The notes beneath the pieces are model-generated. The model searched no databases. It saw only the letters and a program-made list of their open reading frames with translations, and was not told the origin of the DNA. Both the position numbers and the translations under genes were made by a program. Positions 49,938 through 59,287 of a DNA stretch of 64,000 bases are shown one piece after another. The stretch comes from Planctomycetota bacterium (GTDB taxonomy: Bacteria > Planctomycetota > GCA-002687715 > DRQF01). Every line of letters begins with the position of its first letter. Positions within the stretch are counted from its first letter, which is position 1. The DNA lies in the NCBI GenBank assembly GCA_036479435.1, contig JAZGFI010000252.1, positions 1 to 64,000 of the forward strand, written 5' to 3'.

Positions 49938-51235
49938 GCTTGAAAACGGCGATTCTCGGTGGTGGCATTACCGGTGTCAGCCTCGCTTACTTTCTTCAGA
50001 ACCAAGGCGTCGACTGGCAGCTTTTCGAAGCTGCACCCAGGCTCGGCGGGCTTTGCCGTTCAGAGACGACCGATGGTTTCGTCGCCGACTGCGCCGGCGG
50101 TCACATCATCTTTTCGAAGGACCAAGAGGTCCTCGATTTTGTGTTGGGGATCTTGGGCGAAGGGAATCACCACCAGACGCCGCGAAAAAGCGCTATCTAC
50201 TACCGCGGCGATTACGTCCAGTACCCCTTTGAAAACGGTCTCGCCGACCTGCCTTTGAACGACAACTATGAGTGTCTTTCGGGCTACGTCAAATCTGATT
50301 TTGAGCGCAGAACTGGCGCGGCGGAGCCCACGAATTTCAAAGACTGGTGTATGTGGCGCTTCGGGAGCGGCATTTCCAAGCACTTCATGTTCCCCTACAA
50401 CGAAAAGCTGTGGAACATCGACCTGAAGGACATGAACACGAGCTGGGTTTCCGGTCGCATCCCGGATGCTCCCGTCGATGACGTCTTGCGCGCCTCCATC
50501 GGTATCCGCACTGAGGGCTACAAACACCAATCGGTGTTTTGGTATCCGCTGGAAGGCGGATTTGAGACCATCGTCAAGTCGGTCGCCGCGAAGCTTGATG
50601 AATCACGACTACACGTCAGTGCGCCGGTCAAAGAAGTTGTCATCAAAAAAAAGGGCTTTGACGTCGACGGTGTTCACTACGACAAGCTCTTTTCGACGCT
50701 GCCCTTGCCCGAGCTCAAAAAAGTGATGAAGGGCATTCCCGACGACATCGCCGCGAGCTTTGATCGCCTTCAATACACAAGCCTCTGGAGTGTCATCGTA
50801 GCGATTGACGCGCCCGACAAGACCGATCGCTCGTGGATCTACTTTCCGCACCCGGAGACCGGGCCCTTTAACCGACTGACCCATTTGTCGAACTACAGCC
50901 CCGGCAACGCGCCAAAAGGCAAAAGCTCGGTAATGGTTGAAGTGACGCACCGCGGTGAACTCGATTTGGACGACGCCAAGCTCGCCGAGATCGTCGATCA
51001 CCTTGCCGACTGCGACATCTTAGAGCGCGACAAGGTCCTTTTTAGTCGCGCTTGGAACAACAAGTACGCCTACATCCTCTACACCCACGACCTCGAGGAA
51101 AACCTCGATCGCGTCCGCTCTTGGCTGAAAGGTCAAGGTGTCGAGATCCTCGGCCGTTTCGGCAACTACGACTACTTCAATTCCGATCAGTGCATCCGCG
51201 CCGCGATGGACGCCGCGAAGTCCTTTAAGGGCTAG
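49934..51235 (+). CDS. FAD-dependent oxidoreductase (protoporphyrinogen oxidase / UDP-galactopyranose mutase-like)
   Basis: ILGGGITG, EAAPRLGGLCRS, GGHIIFS, PYNEKLW, GRFGNYDYFNSDQ. Confidence 0.85.
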   Translation: MSLKTAILGGGITGVSLAYFLQNQGVDWQLFEAAPRLGGLCRSETTDGFVADCAGGHIIFSKDQEVLDFVLGILGEGNHHQTPRKSAIYYRGDYVQYPFENGLADLPLNDNYECLSGYVKSDFERRTGAAEPTNFKDWCMWRFGSGISKHFMFPYNEKLWNIDLKDMNTSWVSGRIPDAPVDDVLRASIGIRTEGYKHQSVFWYPLEGGFETIVKSVAAKLDESRLHVSAPVKEVVIKKKGFDVDGVHYDKLFSTLPLPELKKVMKGIPDDIAASFDRLQYTSLWSVIVAIDAPDKTDRSWIYFPHPETGPFNRLTHLSNYSPGNAPKGKSSVMVEVTHRGELDLDDAKLAEIVDHLADCDILERDKVLFSRAWNNKYAYILYTHDLEENLDRVRSWLKGQGVEILGRFGNYDYFNSDQCIRAAMDAAKSFKG

Positions 51236-51330
51236 CATCGTCAAGGCGGGTTCCGCCACCGCTTTTTGAAATATGATGTCACGGCCTTCGATTGGCGAGA
51301 GCAGAACTGATCGACCAAGGAGGTGTTGCC

Positions 51331-53469
51331 ATGCATCAGGCGCTTAAACAAACGTGGGCTTTGGGTCTGATATTGCTGGCCGCGAGTTGTTTGCTGGGAC
51401 AAACACCCCAGCCGTCAGACTTCATTGGTACTTGGAAGGGCGAAATCGAAACCGCCAACCTCGGTTTTGAGGCCACTTTCGAGTTCGCAAAAGATGACTG
51501 GAAAGGGCGGTTGAGTATTCCCGTCCAAGGCTTGAAGGACCGAGCCCTCAAAGACATCGAGCTCAAAAAGGCCATTTTCTCGTTTACTATTACCGGAATT
51601 CCCGGCAGCCCGCGGTTCTCGGGCCAGCTCAGTGAAGATGGCACGACCGTCAAAGGCTCGTTCCTCCAAGGTGCTAGCAAGCTCGTCTTCAAGATGACGC
51701 GCGCCGATCAGGCTGCAGCCGACCAGTTGGAGACCCTCGAACTCATCGAAAAAGAGATCGAAGAGCTTCGCAAAGAGTGGGAAGTCCCAGGGCTTGCCGT
51801 CGGCATCGTGAAAGACGGCAAGGTCTATCTAAGCCGCGGATTTGGCACGCGGGACCAAAACCAAGACCACCCGGTGACACCCAAAACTCTGTTCGCCATT
51901 GGTTCCAGCACCAAGGCCTTCACCGCCTTAGCGCTCGGCACCATGGTGGCTGAGGGCAAACTCGATTGGGATGAGCCCCTTCGCACCTACCTGCCCGATT
52001 TTGCGCTAAGCGAAGAATCGGTAGCCGCTCGCCTCACGCCGCGTGACTTGCTCACGCATCGTTCCGGCATGCCGCGCCACGACATGATCTGGTACAACCG
52101 CAAAGACATCGATATCGAAAAGATCTACCACAGCCTTCGCCACTTGGACTTGAGCGCGGACCTTCGCGAGACCTTTCAGTACAACAACCTCATGTTCGCA
52201 ACCGCCGGGCATTTGTCGGCCGTGCTCGACGGCACCAGTTGGCCAAAAGTCGTAAGAAGCCGGTTGCTTAACCCCTTGGGGATGAACAACAGTCATGTCT
52301 TGTTGGTTGATGCCAAAAAGACCGGCGATATCGCGCGCCCCTTTGATCTTCGCGACGACAAGATCACCGAGATCCCCTATCGCAACATCGACAACGTCGG
52401 TCCCGCGGGATCGATCTTTTCTTCAGCTGATGATATGTGTCAATGGCTGAAGCTTTTCGTCGGCAGAGGCAAGGTCGACGGTAAGACCATCGTGTCAGGA
52501 GCGATCCTCAAGGAAGTTTGTTCGCCGCAGATGGTGATGGGAGGGTTGACCGGAAGCAACGATATCGGGCCCTCGAGCTACGGTATGGGGTGGATGATCG
52601 ATTCTTATCGCGGCCGTCAACGAATTCACCACGGTGGCAACATCGATGGCTTCAGTGCCTTGGTGGCTCACTTTCCCAACGACGGATTCGGCGTCGTGGC
52701 TTTGGCAAACCGCAATGCCACGCCGCTTCCCGATTTGCTGCTGATGCGTATCGCGGATCGTCTGTTGGATCTTGAAGTCCGGGACTGGAGTTCCGAGATG
52801 ATGGCAAACAAGGCCAAGGCCAAGGCCCTGGAGAAGAAGTCAGAGGCGCTCGTAGAAGGCAAACGAGTCGAGGGAACAAAGCCCGCCCAGGTCTTGGAGA
52901 GCTACGTTGGGACTTATGAGCACGCCGCCTACGGCAGTATCGTCGTCGATCTGGTGGCCAACGGCGATGGTCTATCCGTCGCGCTGAACGGTCTGACGGC
53001 AGACCTTGAGCATTGGCACTACGAGACCTTCCGGGCGCTAAAGAACGAAGAAGACCCGACGCTAAAGGGAACGAAGTTCCTATTTCGAACGAACGTCGAT
53101 GGGGACATCAGCGAACTCGAAGTTGCCCTTGAGCCCGCCGTTGCGGCGATCAAGTTCGGCCGCGCTCCCGATGCGGCGCTCTCAGATCCGACTTACCTCG
53201 CGCGTTTTGTCGGCGAGTACAAACTCGGTGGTCAAACTATCAGCGTTGATCTTGCCGGAAAGACCCTGACGGTGACCGTGCCCGGACAACCCACCTACCG
53301 CTTGCAACCGACCCGCAACGACAGCTTCCAGTTGAAAGAAATGAAGGGCTACTCGCTGCAGTTCAAAAGCGAGGGCGGCCGCGTGAACGAAGTCATCTTC
53401 AGCCAACCCCAAGGCATGGCCGCGGCAAAGCGCGCCAGGTCCGAAGACGCTAAGACCCAATCCCCTTAG
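51331..53469 (+). CDS. Secreted serine hydrolase (beta-lactamase family) with DUF3471-like C-terminal domains
   Basis: Signal peptide; FAIGSSTK (SxxK), DLLTHRSG, FQYNN, HGGNIDGF. Confidence 0.92.
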   Translation: MHQALKQTWALGLILLAASCLLGQTPQPSDFIGTWKGEIETANLGFEATFEFAKDDWKGRLSIPVQGLKDRALKDIELKKAIFSFTITGIPGSPRFSGQLSEDGTTVKGSFLQGASKLVFKMTRADQAAADQLETLELIEKEIEELRKEWEVPGLAVGIVKDGKVYLSRGFGTRDQNQDHPVTPKTLFAIGSSTKAFTALALGTMVAEGKLDWDEPLRTYLPDFALSEESVAARLTPRDLLTHRSGMPRHDMIWYNRKDIDIEKIYHSLRHLDLSADLRETFQYNNLMFATAGHLSAVLDGTSWPKVVRSRLLNPLGMNNSHVLLVDAKKTGDIARPFDLRDDKITEIPYRNIDNVGPAGSIFSSADDMCQWLKLFVGRGKVDGKTIVSGAILKEVCSPQMVMGGLTGSNDIGPSSYGMGWMIDSYRGRQRIHHGGNIDGFSALVAHFPNDGFGVVALANRNATPLPDLLLMRIADRLLDLEVRDWSSEMMANKAKAKALEKKSEALVEGKRVEGTKPAQVLESYVGTYEHAAYGSIVVDLVANGDGLSVALNGLTADLEHWHYETFRALKNEEDPTLKGTKFLFRTNVDGDISELEVALEPAVAAIKFGRAPDAALSDPTYLARFVGEYKLGGQTISVDLAGKTLTVTVPGQPTYRLQPTRNDSFQLKEMKGYSLQFKSEGGRVNEVIFSQPQGMAAAKRARSEDAKTQSP

Positions 53470-53624
53470 AACCCATGGCGATGGCTGCCACCATCCGAGA
53501 CGACATTGCATCAATAGGCTTCGCCGTCGCGAACAGGCTGCGCCTGGGCGATTTCTTCAAGTGCTCATAGCAGCACTGCGCGCGCAGAAGACAAGTTGAT
53601 GGAGTTCGCCGCCAATTTCCGATA

Positions 53625-53656
53625 ATCTATGCGTAGATCTATTCATTTATCTATGC
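53625..53656 (+). promoter_or_regulatory. Triple ATCTAT operator-like repeat upstream of the yjjJ-like gene
   Basis: ATCTAT at 53625, 53637 and 53649 (exact 12-bp period), overlapping a GATAAT hexamer. Confidence 0.5.
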
Positions 53657-53698
53657 AGGGCTTGACCGGCTCAGGGGGTTTTCGGCGGAGATGGGTAT

Positions 53699-55006
53699 TT
53701 GGCCTACGATCTAGAAAACCTGCTCAAAGCGCTCGGAAACTCAGGAATCACCGATTCTAAGGCGATTCAGGCCGCTTTGGGGGCAAGCCAAGCCACCGTG
53801 TCTCGCCTCATAGAAGCGGCGGGGAGCCGCGTCGTCCGCATCGGCCGGGGGAGAAATACCCGCTATTTTAGGCCTCACCATCTATTCACGAGCCAAGCTC
53901 TTTTCCGGATTGACGCCGCAGGCATCGCTGAGCATCTTGCGGATGTGTGCCCCATTATGGGTGGCGGCTACTACGTTGAGGCTCTTGGCTCGGAGCGTTG
54001 GCTCGGCGGGCTATGTGGTGATGGCCTGTACGATGGTCTTCCCTATTTTGTCGACGATCTTCGCCCTCAAGGCTACATCGGGCGTCAAATTGCTCGAACG
54101 ATGGGCGCACCCTACCCTCAGGACCCACGACGTTGGAGCTCGTCTCAAGTCTTCGCCTGGCTCATCGAAACCGGAGCTGATTTGCCCGGCGCCCTGGTGT
54201 TCGGAAGTAAAGCCTTGGACGCAGCGCTCTCCTCGCCCAAGGTCGTTAAGCCAAATGAGTACCCCAAGCTGGCTGCGCAGACTTTGTCTGGCGCCGTGCC
54301 CGGATCTTCTGCTGGCGGAGAGCAGCCCAAGTTCGCCGCCTACTCCGCAAAAGTTGGACAGGTTCTCGTCAAATTCTCCGCCAAAAAAGACGGGCAGGCG
54401 GTTTGCCGTTGGCGTGATATCTTGATCGCAGAACATCATGCTTTGACGACCTTGCGCAGAAACGACGTTGAGGCGGCGGTGAGTCGCTTGTTTGAGTTCG
54501 AGGGTCGGACCTTTCTCGAAGTCGAAAGGTTCGACCGCGTCGGTGCCAAGGGTCGCAATTCGATGATCTCGCTCGCCGCGATCGATGCTGAATTTGTCGG
54601 CGAGGGCCGCGACTGGGTAACGTCTTTGCGGGCGCTCCTGAAAAAGAAGCTCGTGCCAGCAGAGGATGTCCAGCGCGCGGTCTTTTTACAGCTGTTCGGG
54701 ACCTGGATTGGGAACGCCGACATGCACCTCGGCAACATGAGCCTGCAAGCCCATAAGCAGGGTTTTTCTCTGCTGCCCGCCTACGACATGACGCCGATGC
54801 TCTGGGCGCCGATTGTGGGCGAGTTGCCCACCCAAGCCAATCTAAAGCCACCGGTAAGAGACCCGCGTTTCAGTTCAGAGTGGGGCTCCAGCGCGCGCAT
54901 GGCGCTGGAGTTTTGGAGCACTTTGGAAAAGGAGTCTCGACTCTCCGACGATTATCGATCCATTGCGACAGAATCGAAATCGCTGATCCAAATGCACCTC
55001 GGATGA
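53699..55006 (+). CDS. yjjJ: YjjJ/HipA-family kinase toxin with N-terminal HTH
   Basis: LGASQATVSRL HTH, LPYFVDDLRPQGYIGR, GSSAGGEQPKF, ERFDR, GNADMHLGN, PAYDM. Confidence 0.85.
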   Translation: MAYDLENLLKALGNSGITDSKAIQAALGASQATVSRLIEAAGSRVVRIGRGRNTRYFRPHHLFTSQALFRIDAAGIAEHLADVCPIMGGGYYVEALGSERWLGGLCGDGLYDGLPYFVDDLRPQGYIGRQIARTMGAPYPQDPRRWSSSQVFAWLIETGADLPGALVFGSKALDAALSSPKVVKPNEYPKLAAQTLSGAVPGSSAGGEQPKFAAYSAKVGQVLVKFSAKKDGQAVCRWRDILIAEHHALTTLRRNDVEAAVSRLFEFEGRTFLEVERFDRVGAKGRNSMISLAAIDAEFVGEGRDWVTSLRALLKKKLVPAEDVQRAVFLQLFGTWIGNADMHLGNMSLQAHKQGFSLLPAYDMTPMLWAPIVGELPTQANLKPPVRDPRFSSEWGSSARMALEFWSTLEKESRLSDDYRSIATESKSLIQMHLG

Positions 55007-55081
55007 AACGCAGTTCATGTATATTGCAACAGAGAAATGCAATTTTCATAGGCATGTGTGGTCGGTGTCGCCATTCGTTAA

Positions 55082-56226
55082 GTCGAAGCGAATCTGCTGG
55101 TCCCAAGCAACAGGTTCAAGAACGGAGACTCAGCAGAGCGTGGCAAAAAACGCTACCTGCCGCCGTCTTTCACCCGTCCGGCCCTGATAGTTTCTCAAAA
55201 CTCGCCCTCAATCGGCGAGTCATTGGGGCTCAAACTCGACTGGTTGTGAATGTGCCTCGGCGCACATGCGCACGGGATGCGCATGGAACACGACATTTTC
55301 TTCAGCCCTCATGTTGTCAATTTGACCCTTGAGGATCGCAAGGCTCCTTCGAGCTACTCTCGCTATCCCGAAGGACCTGGTCTCGGTGCGACTATGCCCA
55401 TGTGCGCGTGCAAACCGAGGGCGACAAAGACGGCAACGACCAATTGATCGGACTGGCCTCGAACGACGCGGGGTTTTTGGATTCTCCGGACGTTGAGTGG
55501 ATCTCGGGTGGCGTGAGTAGTAAAGGGCCACAGGCGGTCGCCATCGGTCGCCACGGGCACTTTTTCCTTTGGGGATTCGCGGCTTCGCAGACCTACCTCA
55601 GCGATGAAGCCAAGTTAGTTTTGCTTAACCCCCTACACTACATCGCGAAGTTCGACGGCGCAGCTATCGTCGCGCGCTTCACCCAAGGCCTCGCCGAAGT
55701 AGAGGAATTCAAAAAGGTCATGCGTCAACGCATCAAAGACGGCGAAGACGTGAGTGAAAGAGAACGCGCGAGCCTCGGCCGTCCCGCGCCAGAAGCTCCA
55801 GATCGCCTTGATCCGTTTCGCCACTACCTGTCATCTGAAGAGTTGGAATCGCTGGGAGGAGATCCGGCGAAGGTCGCTAAGTACCTCCGCGTGAACCTGC
55901 GGTACTTCCATCCGACTGGTCCCTATCAACTCGGCGTCGACCCGGAGTTGAGGCGTTTGGGTTTCGCCAACGATGACCTCTCAATGGTGGTGCGCGCAGT
56001 CAAGATGCTGAATGCTGGTAGCGACGGCAACATCGAAATCGACATCGCACTCGCCCGCACCCTGCTTGAGCGCTATACGAATCAGTCCTTCGCAAAGCTG
56101 CAACAATGGAACGAATGGCTCCGCGCGAATCGCTCCACCCTCTTTTTCTCGGAGTCCGCTGGCTACAAGTGGCTCGTGAATCCCTATCGCTCTCTCAAAG
56201 GCCTGAATGGGGATTGCGGACGTTGA
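55082..56226 (+). pseudogene. 5'-truncated, frameshifted gene with an in-frame TGA in a DWL*MCL motif (candidate selenoprotein remnant)
   Basis: The frame is open 55082-55246, has TGA at 55247-49 and continues in frame to PM at about 55402. A one-base shift then leads into RVQTEG...DSPDVEWISGG...AVAIGRHGHFFLWGF. There is no ATG/GTG start after the TAA at 55079. Confidence 0.65.
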
Positions 56227-58195
56227 CGATCATGAGTCGGCGGTCGCTGCTGACACCGACGAGGCGATTGCTGTCGTCGCGAGTTTCGATGTGCCAACGC
56301 AGCGGGACCGGAGCCAAGAGGACTTGGTGAAGCGCTTTTTCCCAGGCGCCGTCGAGTTCGGGGTGGTCCGGGTCGCCTTTCGCAAGGTCGAAGCGGATCA
56401 GTTGGCCGTCGCGGCGCGCGTTGCGGCCCAGGTGAATCCCGAACTGGAAACGCCGGCCGTCGTGGGTGTCGATGACCAAAGCGTAGCGGTCGTTGCTGCC
56501 GGCAGGATCACTCTGAACGCTGAATTCAAACACGGGGGCCTTGGAGTCGTTTGGCAGACAAAGTCCGTCCTCGGGGGAAGTAGCAGTGACGGGCCGGGCG
56601 CCGGTGGCGGCGTGCCGGGCTGAAAACAGCGGCGCGATTCCAGGCGGCGTGTATTTGCAGCGGTAATAGCGATAGGCCGACCAGGGTTTTTTTGTTTTGG
56701 CCTGATGAGATTGAATGCGCTCCCACCAGATTCTGGCGTTGCCCGCGGCGGTGGCGGGGAGGTTTTGGGTTTCCAGGAGCGCCACGACGTCGAAGTCGTG
56801 CGGAGCCAAAGGGCGGATCATGGCCGATTGAAGGGAAGTCTCCAAAGTCGGAACACCACGGGCCATTGAGGGCGTGTCGAAGGCGACCAAGACGAGATCT
56901 TCAGCGGGTAACTCATCGTTTTCGGCCGCGGCTACCAAGGCGCTTTGAATGCCGCGGACTTGGGCGCCGGCTTCTTCGAAGGCGACAAGGCCGCCGCTTA
57001 GGGACAGGCCATAACTAACGAGGAGGAGCGCCGTGACTCCCCAGCTGAAGAACTTTGGCGCGGGCGAGGCAGTTTCTTCCTCAGTTGCAGATAGACACAA
57101 GCTCAAGCCGGCGATGGCGGCGATGCAAAGGCCCGGTAGATAAAAGAGACGAGCGTTAAAGAGGTTTTGGTCGACCCAAAAAATGAGGAGCGTTGGCAGG
57201 AAACTGAGCAGGCCAAAGGTAATGAGGATCGCGCTGGTCTTGCGGAAACGTCGCGACTGAACGAAAAGGCAAAGGGCTCTTAGGCCCGCGATTCCCAGGG
57301 CCAAGGCCATGGCCGCGCGGAGAATCGTCGTGACGGTTTCGCCGAAGACGGCCTCGTTCACGGGTAAGATGGCGTGCTGGAGGGAATCGGGCACGCGTTC
57401 GAAAACTTGGTTGTGGCGCGCGTATTCACGGGGCTCAAGGCCCGCGTACTTGAGAGTTAGCCGGCCCCAGAGCAAGTAACGCAGGCCAAGGTAGATTCCC
57501 AAGATGATGGCGTTTGGAATTGTCCACAGCAGGGCGCTTCTTAGGCGTTTGCCGATTCCTTGACCCTTGGGCGCGTAGCTGAGATCAATGAGGAAAAAGC
57601 AGGCGGGCAAAACGACGGCGATCTCTTTGCACAAGATTGCAGCACTTAGCAGTCCCAAGCCGAGAAGCTTCCAGCGATGGCGGCCGGACTCTGCTGCTTT
57701 TAACCAGGCGAGCATTGCCGCGAGGGAAAAGGCGGCGTTCATCAACACCATGCGCTGCAAGAGCCAAACCACGGATTCGGGGGCGATGGGATTGACGACG
57801 ACAGCGAGGCTGGCCACAAAAGCGGCCCCCCGTGCGCGGCCTCCGGCCAAAGCCTGCAGTAGGCAATAAACCAAGACGCCGATCAAGGCTTGCCAAGCGG
57901 TGTTTTGTAAATGGGCGCCGACGGGGTTGGTGCCCCAGACCGAGTAGTCGGCAAATCCCGTCAAAATGGGCAAGGGTCGCCAGAATTGTTCGCGCTCCAT
58001 GTGGCTGGGCCACAGAAATAATTTGAACCGCCCCCAGTCCAGTTGGCCACCGGTCGTGAACTGAGAGATGAGAAGATCGTCTTTGATCCAATAATTGTCC
58101 ATCGTGCGCCCGTAAAAGGCCAACACGACGAAGACGATGAGCAGCAGATGTGAAAGGCGGGGTTCGAAGCTGCGGACCCTTAGCACTGAAACCAA
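56195..58195 (-). CDS. Multi-pass membrane protein, GT-C glycosyltransferase-like
   Basis: TM1 followed by YWIKDD, FWRPL, ESVVWL, LLCKE-like motif, many TMs, RLFYLP; downstream of a nucleotidyltransferase. Confidence 0.75.
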   Translation of the reverse strand: MVSVLRVRSFEPRLSHLLLIVFVVLAFYGRTMDNYWIKDDLLISQFTTGGQLDWGRFKLFLWPSHMEREQFWRPLPILTGFADYSVWGTNPVGAHLQNTAWQALIGVLVYCLLQALAGGRARGAAFVASLAVVVNPIAPESVVWLLQRMVLMNAAFSLAAMLAWLKAAESGRHRWKLLGLGLLSAAILCKEIAVVLPACFFLIDLSYAPKGQGIGKRLRSALLWTIPNAIILGIYLGLRYLLWGRLTLKYAGLEPREYARHNQVFERVPDSLQHAILPVNEAVFGETVTTILRAAMALALGIAGLRALCLFVQSRRFRKTSAILITFGLLSFLPTLLIFWVDQNLFNARLFYLPGLCIAAIAGLSLCLSATEEETASPAPKFFSWGVTALLLVSYGLSLSGGLVAFEEAGAQVRGIQSALVAAAENDELPAEDLVLVAFDTPSMARGVPTLETSLQSAMIRPLAPHDFDVVALLETQNLPATAAGNARIWWERIQSHQAKTKKPWSAYRYYRCKYTPPGIAPLFSARHAATGARPVTATSPEDGLCLPNDSKAPVFEFSVQSDPAGSNDRYALVIDTHDGRRFQFGIHLGRNARRDGQLIRFDLAKGDPDHPELDGAWEKALHQVLLAPVPLRWHIETRDDSNRLVGVSSDRRLMIVNVRNPHSGL

Positions 58196-59118
58196 TTCTC
58201 GGGAGACACGATGACACGATCTAAGACCGCGCGGCGGTCGATTCGTGATCCCGCCAGGATGACGGAGTTGCGTATCTCGATGGCCTCGCTGATCACGACG
58301 TTTTCGCCGATGACCGAGTGCTCAATCGTTGTTCCCTCGGCGATGGTCGCCGAATCTGCGATGACGCAATCAAGTTTGTGTTCATCGAGGTACTTCAGAT
58401 TGCCGTCGAGGAGATCGTGCGCGAAAGTGATGTTGAAATCCCATGCCACGGCTTCGCAAACGCTGACCGGGTAGCCGTCGTCGATGAGGATTTGGATCGT
58501 GGAAGTGATTTCGTATTCGTCGCGGAGCGCGGTTCGCGGGGTCTTGCGCACCGCATCGAACACCTCGGGACCGAACAGGTAGATTCCACAGCCCTTGAGG
58601 TCGTTCGTTGGGATCTGGGGCTTTTCGATGACGCGGCAAACGAGGCCGTCGTCGCCAAGCTCGACCGAGAAGTTTTTTCTGAGGATCTTCGGGTCTTTTT
58701 CACGCATGACAGCCAGAACGGCGCCGCCGCCCTGAGCTTCGAACATCTCGATCATGCGCTCAAGTTGTTTAGGTGCGTAGTAGATATCACCCAGCACCAA
58801 GACAAAAGGCTGATCGACGAGTGGCGCGAGTTGTCCGACCGCGTGCGCGATGCCGAGGGTCGCCGTCTGTTCGACGTAGTCGATGTTGACCCCTTCGGAT
58901 TCGCCGCGCCCGTAGTGACTGATGATCTTGTCCATCAAATGCCCGACGACGATCTTGACGTCCTTAATGCCGAGCGAACGAAAGATCTCGAGGTGGTGCC
59001 CCATGATCGGCTGATTGGCGATGGGGAGCAGAGGCTTGGGATAGTGGGTGTTGAAAGGGTCGATGCGCGACCCCTTGCCCGCAGACAAGATGACCCCGCT
59101 TAGTTTCGTCTGTCCCAT
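58180..59118 (-). CDS. Sugar-phosphate nucleotidyltransferase (glucose-1-phosphate thymidylyltransferase-like)
   Basis: VILSAGKGSR, PKPLLPIAN, LGIAHAV, VLGD, IEKP, EYEIT; C-terminal hexapeptide-like repeats. Confidence 0.92.
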   Translation of the reverse strand: MGQTKLSGVILSAGKGSRIDPFNTHYPKPLLPIANQPIMGHHLEIFRSLGIKDVKIVVGHLMDKIISHYGRGESEGVNIDYVEQTATLGIAHAVGQLAPLVDQPFVLVLGDIYYAPKQLERMIEMFEAQGGGAVLAVMREKDPKILRKNFSVELGDDGLVCRVIEKPQIPTNDLKGCGIYLFGPEVFDAVRKTPRTALRDEYEITSTIQILIDDGYPVSVCEAVAWDFNITFAHDLLDGNLKYLDEHKLDCVIADSATIAEGTTIEHSVIGENVVISEAIEIRNSVILAGSRIDRRAVLDRVIVSPENWFQC

Positions 59119-59213
59119 GTTGTGCGCCGGTGCTCCTCAGCTCGATGGATGGACCGGCAGATTCTAACAGCCTTGGAAATCTTCGCTCACCGCATCCTCG
59201 ACTTGATCTTATG

Positions 59214-59245
59214 GAGGAGGCCGCAAGTCCGGTTGCGGCCTCCTC
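59214..59245. terminator. Perfect 13-bp hairpin downstream of the 59288-60544 gene (possible terminator)
   Basis: GAGGAGGCCGCAA-N6-TTGCGGCCTCCTC; no clear U-tract. Confidence 0.45.
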
Positions 59246-59287
59246 TAAAAATCGTCCTGCTTACGCCGCCAGGTTTGGGCACTGTGC

